Of a DNA stretch of 64,000 nucleotides, positions 38,001 to 50,000 are shown one piece after another. Made by a program: the position numbers and the translations under genes. The stretch lies in assembly GCF_018977255.1 (NCBI RefSeq), contig NW_024704742.1:92692001-92756000 (forward strand), given 5' to 3'. The notes below the pieces were generated by a model that did no database searches, had not been told where the DNA came from, and worked only from the letters and a program-made list of their open reading frames with translations. Every line of letters starts with the position of its first letter. The first letter of the stretch is position 1. Source of the DNA: Callorhinchus milii. Lineage: Eukaryota.

Positions 38001-40650
38001 AATCACAGAATCATCCTATCTGTGATGGTGCTAGCTATCACTATTGGAGCTATCAACACTTATCCCATCCTGCTGCTCTTTTGCTATTTTTGTATTTCTC
38101 CACTTACCTTTTATATGTTGTTTTGTGCCCTCGATTACAACAGCAATTTGCAGTAAAACATTCTAACAACTCTGTGCGCAAAGCAATTTCTTCTCATTTG
38201 CTCCTATTTTGAATGATATTCGATACCTCAGTGGCATAAGAACTGAACTAATTTTGCGTACCTTTTGGATTTAGATGCCCTCATTCAAAAGAGGTGGTCA
38301 AAGGAACTGGCAAAGTGGAAGAAGGCAGTGGATGACCACGAGCAAATGATGCAGGCCTGGACCAAGTCATGGGTAGGAATATGAGGATAAACAGTGACAA
38401 GAGTCTCAATCATATTCTCTACTCCTGACATCCTCCTGGCAGCCAACAATCCTCATAAACAATCCAATGTCTTGTATGGAGACACTAAAGTTTTGAGCGA
38501 GAGCAAAATGCTCTTTAACAAATGCAATTTATTTTTTATTTGCTTCCTAACAAACACACTCAGACATCTGTTACTGTATAATAAATCAGCATCCCAGAAG
38601 GGATGTCAGCCTGCATTCTAAACGCGTGTGGGAACTTGCAACATCAAATGGCTGTTTATGGGATATTGCAGGCTGGCTGCCGCATTTGTCTATAACATAC
38701 ACAGTCACTACACTTTATAGTACACCTGTGAAGCGCTTTGAAACATCCTCCCGACATGAAAGGAGCTACATCAAATTTTGGAGGATTATTGGGGTTATTA
38801 TTTAACATTTCTTATTTGCTTCCTAACAACACACTCAGATATCTGTTACTGTATTTAAAAGATACAAAGACGTGCTCGTCAGTCAAAAAAATGTGACCCC
38901 TCCTCAATCAAACCCAACATAAGAATGAAAACATTTTATTCACAAAAATAAGTTGCATTTGTTAAAAAGCATTTTGTTCTCCCTCAAATGTTACACTGAC
39001 TCCATTGAAATACAGTTCCCGACAAAGACAGAAGGGAACTTGACCACACCTTTGGAGATCTGGAACCAGTCATTAGGAGATGTGTCTACATGTGGGTGGA
39101 TGTTCTGGCTGAATTTCCCTTTCTCTTCTTCTGAGAAAGTGCCCTAAACTATTCCAGCCCAAATATCTGAGACTGTGAATCCATCACCAGGTCATTGATT
39201 TGACCACTGCTTCCTGCCAAAGGGTGGAGTGGAGCAGCTGTTGCTTTAACACTCATTTCCCCAATTTGATGTCAGAAGTTCCCACATGCTTTTAGAAAGC
39301 AGGTGACATCCTTCAATAATAATAATAATCTTTGCATTTAGACTAGTGCCCTTTCACGTCCGGAGGACGTCTCAAAGCGCTTCACAGAATTTTAGTGTGG
39401 AGTGACTGTGCATTTGTAGGAAATCCAGTCAGGATTAAGCCTTGCAGAATCTGTATCAGCACACTTATCTTTGCAAGATATATTTTCATATTTCATTTAT
39501 AATGGATCAGCGTGGTTCAATTTGTAGCATTCTCACATCGGGGACCAAGGGTTGTGGGGTCATGTCACACACTTTGGCTTGAAAAACAATGAATTAAGAC
39601 CATTCCACTGACAAAATCTACCCTAGAGACTTGAACTCCTTTATGTAATAGATTGTAAACCTACAGTAGTCAGGAGAGACCCCTGTCTTCTCTACAGGAG
39701 AACAACCAACCACCTCGCCAGACAATAGGAAATCTGTCCCGATACCTCATAGAAACTTTCTGAGGAGCTGCCACTCACCGCTATTGATCCACTAAACACA
39801 AAACAATTACAAGTTAAGTGAGCTGACTGGGTTAGTTGTCAAGCTCTTTTTCTATAGATATCATATCACACTGCACCCAAAGCACACAATAAACCAGCAA
39901 GGAGAAGGTGAGGGGTTTGTTTTTCATGAGTGGAAAATGGTGAATTCCAAACTAAGAAAGTTGCTCTGGTTAGGAATTAGAAGGTGTTCCCATCAAGAGC
40001 ATTTTGGTTGAGTGTATCATCATGGAGAGCAAAACTCCTGTTCTTCCCAATAACTTGCCTCACCCTAACCTCTGAAGAGCATTCTCCACAAAAGTATCTT
40101 GTGCTATAGTACTACATAATGCCAAATTAGGCTTGTGGAGTTGGTTAACCTGCACTTTACGATATATATTCTATGAAGTGCTTTGAAACATACCAACAAC
40201 TTGATAAAGCACAAAATCAAATGCAAAGATTATTCTTATTATTAATAATGCTAAGTGTTGTTGGTAAAGGCCAGGCCATTTTCAAACAGATTCATGCAAC
40301 CATTAGAGAGGAGAGATGTTGCTTTTCTCCACCTGGTGTTGAGATCTGTTAGCCTGGGCTAAAGAATAACAGATTTTTCATCCAAATTAACCTTCATTTA
40401 AATAAATAATAATCCTTGCATTTTATATAACTCCTTATCACATCGCTGAAACCTTTCAAAGCACTTCATAGGAATTACTATTTATTTAGTTGTACTGAGG
40501 TGAAACATGTGATGTTTCTTAACAGATCTGACGATGCATTTCTTAACACGCCATTTAGGTAACATTTCAGAATTTGGTTCACCTCCATTTAACTTGTTTC
40601 TGTTTGACATCTTCTTACAGGGCAGCTGTGAGCACAAGAACCTACAGTGA
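25797..40650 (+). CDS. SEMA4D: Alternative 3' module of SEMA4D (isoform 2 / C9orf164-like): Pro/Ser linker, second Ig domain, Trp-rich helix, no TM
   Basis: Four exons in phase 1-1, 1-1, 1-0, 0-stop, compatible with the phase-1 donor at 22322. Translation recalls human isoform 2 (FLSDQAQHV..YLFCQATG..FVWEKNG..LPDGRAHALSWLQD..EYRC..WTRELSAW..HDRMMQSWRKAWESC). Confidence 0.85.
26446..26451 (+). promoter_or_regulatory. Candidate poly(A) signal AATAAA downstream of alt exon A
   Basis: cacAATAAAagttg followed by T/GT-rich sequence. Confidence 0.35.
29795..30266 (-). repeat. Unclassified ~500-bp dispersed element, copy 2 (inverted)
   Basis: See copy 1. Confidence 0.8.
31680..33090 (+). mobile_element. 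L2 LINE fragment, RT domain to 3' tail
   Basis: [30 protein letters not shown] in ORF 31566-33014; tail. Confidence 0.92.
34104..34431 (+). mobile_element. tRNA-SINE copy
   Basis: Near-identical to 7083-7390. Confidence 0.9.
36039..36242 (+). CDS. SEMA4D: SEMA4D alt exon B ([16 protein letters not shown]...[12 protein letters not shown]...EYQCCAVS...SKVLIVVE)
   Basis: ttccacag acceptor, GAAG|gtaaat donor; 204 bp; Ig C-strand Trp and F-strand YxC. Confidence 0.88.
37839..37970 (+). mobile_element. Penelope-like element terminal fragment, second copy
   Basis: agttCTGACAAaggatcatggacctGAAACGTTgactc.. homologous to 15597-15730. Confidence 0.6.
38275..38372 (+). CDS. SEMA4D: SEMA4D alt exon C ([33 protein letters not shown])
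   Basis: ggatttag acceptor, TGG|gtagga donor; 98 bp. Confidence 0.85.
40621..40650 (+). CDS. SEMA4D: SEMA4D alt terminal exon D (GSCEHKNLQ*)
   Basis: Strong pyrimidine tract cttcttacag; phase 0; matches recalled human ESCSKDTL*; AATAAA downstream at 41391 and 41555. Confidence 0.78.
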   Translation, partial: GSCEHKNLQ

Positions 40651-41390
40651 GACGTACAGGAAATAATTTGTATCTACAAGGTCAGCATGGGAAGGAATCA
40701 GATTAATTTAGTGCAGAACAGATCATTTTGGATTTGATACTCATTTTGTGATTTTTGACCCACTGTATTAAAAAAAAAGTTAATAAGAAATCAGTTGATG
40801 CTTTTTAAAAAAAAGTATTTGAAATGCCATCCCTCACATGAGGAATCTATTAGAAATCATTGTATGTAAGACTCCACTGTCCACAAATAGAATTAGTATA
40901 GGCTCCGCACTGCTTGTTCATGGTGAACCAAGAACTGTTGAAACTAGCACCTGCAGAGTTAAGCAACATGAGCAAACACAGCCCTCAATACAGGGGAATT
41001 GGGATTTAGAGTATGTACTTCAGTGGAGGAACTTGCACCAGCAAAGGCTCAACAGGTCAATTGGCCTCTTGTACTGCATTCCTAAGATCTCAACCTCAAC
41101 TGCAAAACATTTGCAGTCTCCAAAGGGGAACATTTTTGAGCAAAAGTTATGGTATTTCAAATAATCAATGCTTATTTAAACAAAAAGGAAGAAACTGCCC
41201 AACACATTGCTTTATTATAACTATAATTGTTTATAGATCTTTATTGTCTTTTGCTTTTTAACAGCTATGTTTTTGAAAGTGGAAGCCTGGAAACTACTTC
41301 TTTTTTAAAAAAAACTAATCAGACGGTTATTTATTATAAAATAGTTTCCAGATCCTTGGGTTTCCTTTTGCGAGGGTTTCCTTCAAGAAC

Positions 41391-41565
41391 AATAAACATG
41401 TGCACAATTGGATAAACTGTTCTAGTGCTCAGCTCAATGAATCAAAGTCAGTGCTTTCTATAAAAAAAATGGAAGTTGGTCATTGGGTGGGGGAATTTAT
41501 GTGAACCTTTCTGTTATTGTTTTATGTGCCAGAATTATTCATTTGATCTAAAAAAATAAAATAAA
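41391..41565 (+). promoter_or_regulatory. Candidate poly(A) signals of the alternative SEMA4D terminal exon
   Basis: AATAAA at 41391, 41555 and 41560, 0.7-0.9 kb after the TGA. Confidence 0.45.
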
Positions 41566-42088
41566 CGACTCCCATTTTCAGTTGTGCAATATATAAAGCC
41601 ATGGTGCTTTACATAAGTAGGTCCCTTCCTCTGCCTCGGAGTCGTACAATTTAAGCTGTACCAGTAATGTTTCACAAAGCAAATAGCTCTGAAGATAGGA
41701 CCTTAAATGCAAGGTAATTCTGAGTCTGGGCAGCAACAGCTTGTTTTGGTATTTTTATTTGGTCAGTTGGGATTCTCTCACATGCGGAAACCCATCATCG
41801 AGCTTAAAGAGTATCCAAACTTAGACTGAGAGTTCGATGCATACTATGTACTCATACAAATTCCCGTGTTTGGAATGGAATGGGCATTCCCTCCCTGGAG
41901 GGATGTATCCTGCTTACCAAATTCCAGAGTATTACAGTGAAACTCTGATAACTCGTCGCCCCAAGAGAAATAGCTTAAATGACTATGTATCAGAGCACAC
42001 TAATTATCCAAAGTACAGTATCTCAAAAGTACAAAGTACTCGAATTGGTGCGATACAGAAGTTTCTAAATTACTTGAATTTTTTTTGT

Positions 42089-42376
42089 GGAGTTCTGTAG
42101 CTCAGTGGTTAGACCACTCGCCTCGCAAGCGAGAGACCTGGGTTTGATTTCCGGCCAGGGCGAAACCTTGGGCAAATTTTCTTACTCCACATGCCTAAAA
42201 ATAATCCCTCAAGAAAAAAAATGAACTAATAATTTGCTGTGTGTAATTGGCTGCCTCGTTTCGCCCATAAAATATACATTCAATTCACTTTACAGTATAT
42301 TCTGTGATGCGCTTTGAGACATCTAAAAGATGCGATAAGGTGCTATATCAAATGCAAGGATTATTATTATTATTAT
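42089..42376 (+). mobile_element. tRNA-SINE copy
   Basis: Head and tail match the family. Confidence 0.85.
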
Positions 42377-45300
42377 TCAAAAAGATCTCATTAGTCTGAG
42401 ATTTACAGTAGGTCATACAGGAATGCAAAAAACTGAATGGTAAATTTTAACTGCACGAATACTAAATTGCAAGCAAGCTGATAACACAACGCATATCGAA
42501 AATGGCCAATGACAAAAAACTAAGGTCACAGGAAAGGGAACAATTTTATCTGCACGCCACACGGTGTGGCTGGCTGAGGTTAGTGGGAGGAGGAAGACCG
42601 GTAAGTACAGTTCGCAAATCCCCGTTTGTTTGTTGTGTGTGTGGGGCGTGTGCGGAAATCAAACCAGGATTTGCGATCCATATTTACCAGTCTTAAGAAG
42701 GAAGCAAATTCCACTTAGCAATTGAAAGACTGAATAAAACAATGAGTTATCAGAAGGATGTAACATGCAAATACTGTATTTAAATCACAAAAATCTGACA
42801 AGGGGAGAAGGATGACGTGACCACCGATGGTACGGCTGATGGCAGGGTCACACAGTAGGCCCAAGTTTGCTGAGGACATGGGAGGAGCAGGAATGGGGTA
42901 GGTCAAGGTCAGAGATAACAAGGCCATTTATTAACTTCATTTTTCTTATTAATAATTCACATTATTGACCCAGAGAAATCAAAACAAGAAATGAGGAGGA
43001 GCCAGTCTAATTTGCTAGCCATGTGTTCATCAATATTACATTGAACAGCTAGCAGATTATAGATTAAAATGTGCAAAGATGCTTGCAATGTTTACTTAAA
43101 ACTTGAAGATAGTTTGAGCTTTAACTGAACCCATTAGCTCTGGTTCACATTATATCTAGCTTGTGGTCATTTTAAAAGGTTACATATCCATTGTGAAAAT
43201 TCAGGATCAAACCAGCATCCTTTAGACATTCAAACAGAGCTATTTTGCCCTCTGGAGATGCCAGTCTTTTAGATAAGTAGTGTTGGTTTTAGATGGATTA
43301 ACCTTTGTCCTCCACACTGCTATGTTAAATTCACAGTGAATGTCAATGTTGATCTTACCATTTTATTAATCTGAGTTTAAAGGTTCACATTTACGTAAAG
43401 ATCTCCAATAAAAATAAGTTATTTGCTTGATTACAAACACATGCTTGCTATGACACGACTTGCATTGAAACATTATCAGGCCCCTTGCAATATCATGTCA
43501 GAAGAGATGGATGTTCTTTCTGACTCTTCATTCAGAACCAAAGTTGTTCATGATGACTGTGAGAGTATTGCCACCATCTTTCTGTCCACAGCTCAGGCAC
43601 ACGTCCCTTCCCATCGAACGATGGTTCCACCGGTTGGAGGTGCGGAGTTTAAGCAGTAGCTTGCCCCTTTAATCCATATGGCTAATCTCTGAACACACCT
43701 TATCAGCAAACTATAAGGCAGGAAATAACATACGAAGCAGTTTGTTTGAGACCAAAATAAAGAGAAAGAAAAAACAGACAGAAAGACAGATAAATAGAAA
43801 GCGAATTCTGCTTCGCAGAATTTTACTGTAAAGTGTAGAGATGTGTATTTCATAGATGAATGAAATAGAGACCTATCGAAGAAAACCTTAACCATTTGTC
43901 TTTTTTTTAATTACTTGGCAATGACATGTTAAAAGTAATATTATTTAATATAGAGGTTGTCAGAAGCTCCAAGAAATTATGTACATTCTGTGCCAACCAG
44001 TATTAACAATTACTTTGCACACTGCTACCCCTCAATCTTTTTTTTCCTGTGATAATAATGTAAGACTACTGAAATATACTATTTTAAACAATTTTAAATA
44101 CAATAAAATGTTCTGTAAAAAAGGTCACTTGTGCTCCCTGCCTGGCTTCTCTTTTTCTTACCTATCTTCCTTTTCTTTTTTTACTGTTCATCAACTTTCA
44201 TATCTAAATATTGATCAGTCTGTTATATTGCACCTCCTCCATTCTCCCATCTGGCATTCCATATGTTGCCACATAGTTTTAAATCCCTCTATTTGGCTAA
44301 AAATAGTTAATTCACTTTATAGTACATTCTGTGAAGCGGTGTGAGACAACTCAAAGACATAAGGCGCTATATCAAATGCAAAGATTATTATTATGAATAT
44401 TAAAAATGGGCTCCAAAGACTTAATACTAGATTTTATACTAATTTCATATTTGGTTAGGGTCACTAGAATGATGAAGTGTGGTGCTAATAGGAACTCAAT
44501 TCAAGGCATTTTGAGGCAAATCAGTGTTGGGTTTGGGTCAAATTTAACCATTATTTAATACCATAAATATAAAGTCTAATTTTTCACTTCTTGACTGTCC
44601 TCCTTGCAGGTTTCCTTGGAGCTGAACTGGCTCCAGAGTGACATGCTTGGCAATGAAATATCAAAATTGAGCCTACCCTCTATGGCGGTCTCGGTATTTC
44701 AGTTCCTGAGCCAAGTGGGTCGGCAGTACTCCAGGGCACTGCTGATGACATCCTGGTTCATTGGCTGGACTTGGTACAACAAAAAAAATTACATTTATAT
44801 GGAGCCTTTTCATGATGGAAGCATGTCCCTCAGCGCTGGGGAAAGCGGTCTAGACACTGGGGGCTGAGACTCTTCCCACTCAGCTCCTTTTAACCCTACA
44901 AGCCAAAGCCCTGGTTTAGGGTGGTCCTAGCTGGACAAATAGTGGGAAAGCTTGTCAGGCAGTGCTCTCAATGGCAAGTTGTGCGGAATCAGCTGGTTAG
45001 ACTACAGCAGTACTCCACAATGGGGTCCCCAAGCCAAGCCTTGGGTCTTACCAACCTGTGCCTAATACTCTACGGGATTAGGTAAGTAGGATGTGTCATT
45101 CCAGGGAAGGATCTCACATCCCATTCCTTTAAACTCCTTGGAGTTTGGTTTGGATACTCCCATGGTGATGGGTTTTCGCACGTGTGATACTCTGCTGACA
45201 AAAAAAAACCTGTGGAAGACATTTTCCCAAAAAATACACCGAGGGGAGGTGGACGAGGTGAAGGGACAGAGGCCAGGAGTTCCAGAGGTTAGTGACAGAG

Positions 45301-46454
45301 TGACTGAATTTACAGAGTTGGTACACTTTTAATTTTTTTGTTAAATCAGGATATATGAATTTGCTGAGAAAAGGAATCAAGCTGCTGCCATCAAATGCTG
45401 AGCAACCATTGCAGTGACATCTTCAGTTTATAAAGCAATTCTGGCATTAACACTCCTTCAATATCCAGAACAGGCACTTCAGAAACAACAGAAGTATCTG
45501 ATTTAAATCAGTTTGGTGGGTGCCGCATGATAGTTTTCGTGGGAGGTGAAGACAGTCTGGAGCAACCTGCTAAATAGTATCAAAATTGACACTTTGGATG
45601 GATTTTGTGTTATAATTGAGGTGCAACATTACACAACACACTAACAATGAATATCATATACCTATGATCCATTTAACACAGCTGGAGGTGAAATTTGGAT
45701 AATAATGCATTCAATGTAATAATTGTATATGAAATTATGAATTATGAAAAGCTGCAAATGTCAGCACTTTGCTGCAACTTTACTTACCTGCTGTTTTATA
45801 CTATAATGAATTAAAGGCACATTAAATTGTGTGACTTGATTATATTTGTCCATCAATATGTTTTAAACGAATATGGAGAGCACATCATTAATACGTTTCA
45901 GTCAAACACAACTTTGATACATACATGTTGGACAAAAATGCAGATGCTTCAAGGTTTGAACATCCCTTTCTCACACTCAGTTTTTCAGGAAGAATCGTAC
46001 TTAATGATTCAAACATATTTAATTTTTTGATAATTCTCCTTTGCTATGCTCAACGGATGCGTTTAAAAATAGCTCGGGCTGCGGATTCAAATCAGTTTGG
46101 TTTTGGTTTTAATACAGTAGTTATTTACATCTCGTTGGGCATGTGTGAACAGAGGTTAAATTGCCACTATCCATCACACAAACATATGCCATAATGCCTG
46201 ACCTTTGCAACTGAAGTCACTTGAGGGCATTAGCAAGGTCAATTTGAATTGGGTCAAACTTGACAACCACAACTGCTTGACAAAAAATACCTTCAGACCT
46301 GATCACTGGAGGGAGACTAATTTAAATAGAAATGAACTGGAGCTGTAATTTATGGATTTAGTAAACGGTCTTTGCTTGCGGCAGTGGATACTTGGAATGG
46401 TCACAGCTGCACAAAGCCTAAATGTTTCTAACAGTCCATTGATTTAAGTTATTA

Positions 46455-47000
46455 TGCTAACTCCCTGCTCACCGGACTTCCCAACTTCCCTCCACAAGGT
46501 GCAAATTATTCAGAACTCTGCAGCTCATGTCCTCTCTTCACACCGGGCTCCATGATCTTATTTCTCCGACCCCAGCTTTACTGGCTCCCTAACCCCCAGA
46601 GGCTTGAGTTCAAGATCCTTGTCCTTATTTTTAAAGCCCTCCACGGTCTTGCCTTTCCCTATGTCTGTGACTTGCTAAAACCTTACCAATCCACCTGTTT
46701 CCTCCACACCATGGGCACTGGCCTGCTCCATGTCCTTTGCCCTGTCCTCCCCACCATTGGTAGTCAGGCATTTAGCCTTTCTGCCCCCATTCTTGGGAAC
46801 ACCATCCCAAATTCCCTTCATCGCACTCCCTCCCTTGCCTCCTTCAAGGCCTGTCTCAAGACCTTCCTCTTTGACCTTCCTCAGTCATTCTCCCAACCCT
46901 GCCCCCACTTATGACTCCAACCTCCAGCTCAGGTGCAAACACTTGACTGTCCAGTGCCTTGGGATGTCCTCCCGACGTGAAAGACACTCCATAAATGCAA
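46455..47000 (+). mobile_element. L2 LINE 3' fragment
   Basis: WLPNPQRLEFKILVLIFKALHGLA; tail gggatgtcctcccgacgtgaaag. Confidence 0.85.
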
Positions 47001-50000
47001 TCTGTGCATCAAGCTAATGTTGCAGAGGATGTCAGAACAAGAAAAGCCTTAAGTTAATTTGATCACTAATATTCCTAACTTTTTATCTATTTACATTTCT
47101 TTCTATTTTATTCTGAAGATCTCCACAGTCCCCCCCACCCCTCACCTGTGAAAAAGAAGGCCATCCACCCTTCACAATGACTTGTCAGAAACAGGAATGC
47201 CAGTAATGATAAACTGATCAGCTGTTTGAGCCAATGCATGCATTCACACACTTTGAAACAAGACAATGAATGTTAACTAAACAAGCTATTTTCTGAGATA
47301 CTTTCATTTTTACAAAAAACATTTGCAAAAAATGTAACTTGGACAAGGCGAATCATACCATGTAAGATTTAATAGTCTTTAGGAAAAAATCCAACATTAC
47401 CCAGTGTTAAACTGGATTTTTTAAATCGTTTTTCAAAATACAGCAGATTTGAAGTGGTAACATTTAATAGTGGTGTCTATGCTCAATATAAATCTGTAGC
47501 TTACAAAGAATGTTACATTCATTTGCATAGGACTGACCTTCATAAAGTATTAAAGGAACAAAGTTAGGTTTTCAAACAAACCTTTAAAAACTTTCACCAT
47601 GTATTTCTTCTCCTTTTTATAAAAAAGGCAAGTCCTACAATTCAGAATATATTCTACTCTTGAAAAATTAGAATTTTCTTTTAATCACGTGCAATATTTT
47701 TACGTAGCATTTAGTCAGATCAAAAGTTTTACCAAAAATAAACATGTACAGAACATTTACTGTCCTGACAATGGGAGATTAAGCTGAGATACACACAATA
47801 TAAAAGCAGAGTGAGTCTTGATTGATCTTCCAGTAGCTTTTTCAATTTGAGGGGCAGCAGTGTGTCCAGTGTAAGTATTTTAATCTTATATTCAATTTTT
47901 GATTTTATTTTTTAATTTTTTAAACTAAGCACTTTTATCGAGTAAACAAAATAATCCTAATAGAAATCTTTAGGATTTTTCTCCGACAAAATTAAAAGAA
48001 AAATTGATTTAAAATATGCCTGCACCCAAACTCAGAATCACCTCAAATGTACTTTTGTCCATTTAGGTTTTTAAACCAATTAGAGCGATGAGCAACAAGG
48101 CTGCAAAACCGAAGTCATTGCAATACTTTAGCCAATCCTCCTCAAGCTTGAGGAGAATAAACTACTATAAGGATGAGCCAACTCAGGAAAGTGGGAGCAA
48201 TAAAGCAAGTGGTAGCACTTATCCTGTGTCTGCCAGCTTCTCAAATCCTCCATAGTATGAATGAGAGGGTTTTGCATCCCAGTATCATACCCATTAAAGT
48301 TACCCATCTGACAAGCCATTGCAGACAGAGTAATATATTGAACTACAGCACAGATTTTAAGTGTGCTAAAACATTAAGGGGTAATGATTAGTACTACATC
48401 ACCACAATAAGCTGATGGTAGGATACAGGAGACAGGTTAAAGCAATGTCCTTGGTACCACTGCAAATATAGAATATGGAGCATATGTTTTATGCGATTTC
48501 TATTACAAAGTGAACCACAAAATTAAATGTACTGTATGAATGCACATTGTAAAGTCTATTGTTGTTCACTATCTATATCCCAACACAACAATTAGCAAGA
48601 CAATAACCATAAACATGTTACTAATTTCACTGGTCGAAATAGAACTTGGGCTTGCAGTCACAAAAATCAAATGCACATCAGCATCAAATCTGATTCAGAA
48701 AATCATTTTTTTTAAAAAAATCAAAACCTAACTGCAACCCCATTGCTTTGTTACAATTTGCTGTGCCACAGAATGAAAGATCACGTGTTTCTTGTCTAGT
48801 TTACCGAGTCACCAATTAGATTTGTTACCAGGAATGAGTGACATACAGTCTTATAGGTACTCTCCTATAAGAAAGTAGTGAGTGTAAAAAAGCAATCAAG
48901 TTGTTTTCAACAGTTCCCATGCACCTCATAATAATGGCTGTAAACACATTGCTTGCAACTTTGGGAAAGGAATGGAATCAAAACAGAGGTGTTTATACGC
49001 TTGTCTTTGCTAATAAAAGAACAAATTCAGTATGTAGGTTTCGTTGGATTATATGATACACTTGACATTATTTCACAGGCTTTGCTTTGTTTAAAAAAGC
49101 AGTCGTTTGTGAAAAAATGTTTTTACAATCTTAAAAATAGTTATCATGCACATCACCCAGATTGACTTTAAAATAGCCATTCCTGTTATCACTATAATAC
49201 CTTTGGTGATATATCTAATAACAGTCCTCTCAAATATATGAAACACTGAATTGAATTGTGTTGGAATCCATCAGAAGAGCAAGATACATCTCCACTGATT
49301 ATGGATGTCACAAAACTATGACATTTTCTGTTACATTCCCTTCCCAGTTCAAAAACTACACGTTATAAATAGAATATGTTGTGGTCAGTCATGTGATATG
49401 TAACTTCAACTGTGACATTGTCACTGAAGACTTCTCTGGCGAGGTTGACTCATGGAGACAATTATTGCATGACACAGCTAACAGCTACATATCCTTTCAT
49501 CAAACTTCAGAGGGAAATAGTCTTCCCTAGCAAATTTCAATTAAAACCTGCCATTTAAAGTCTTAATGATTACCTGTTCGAAATGGTATGACGTAATCAT
49601 ACTATGTAGGAATTATACAGTAGAATGCTGGTTAACTTCATCCCAACTCTTTGCACATCCACTTATGGGTGTTTGATACCAGTAAAAATAATCATTTCTG
49701 GTTAGTAAAGGACGCACTTCAGTCAAGTAGTATAGGTAAATCGCGGGCCTGATAATCTTGCTAATTAGAATGTGCACAATTTTTTTGATTAAAGATATTT
49801 AATATTTACTTATATACTGGAAAGTTAGTCAAAGAAAGAGATAAACAAATAATATCATAGCGAAAAAGATAATGTCATGGAGAGCATAATACTCAGGGGC
49901 AGACAGACAAGAGATTTAGACAGAAAGAAAAAGGAGGAATGAGAGAAAGAAAACTATAGAGTAAGAGATAGATAATGTATTATAGAGTACAACTGAATTA

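Noticed and set aside
44575..44780. - strand frame YQVQPMNQDVISSALEYCRPTWLRN-TGA-NTETAIEG as a selenoprotein exon
   Set aside because: No splice sites or recognisable family on that strand; weak likeness to a decayed LINE segment; a lone in-frame TGA is expected by chance
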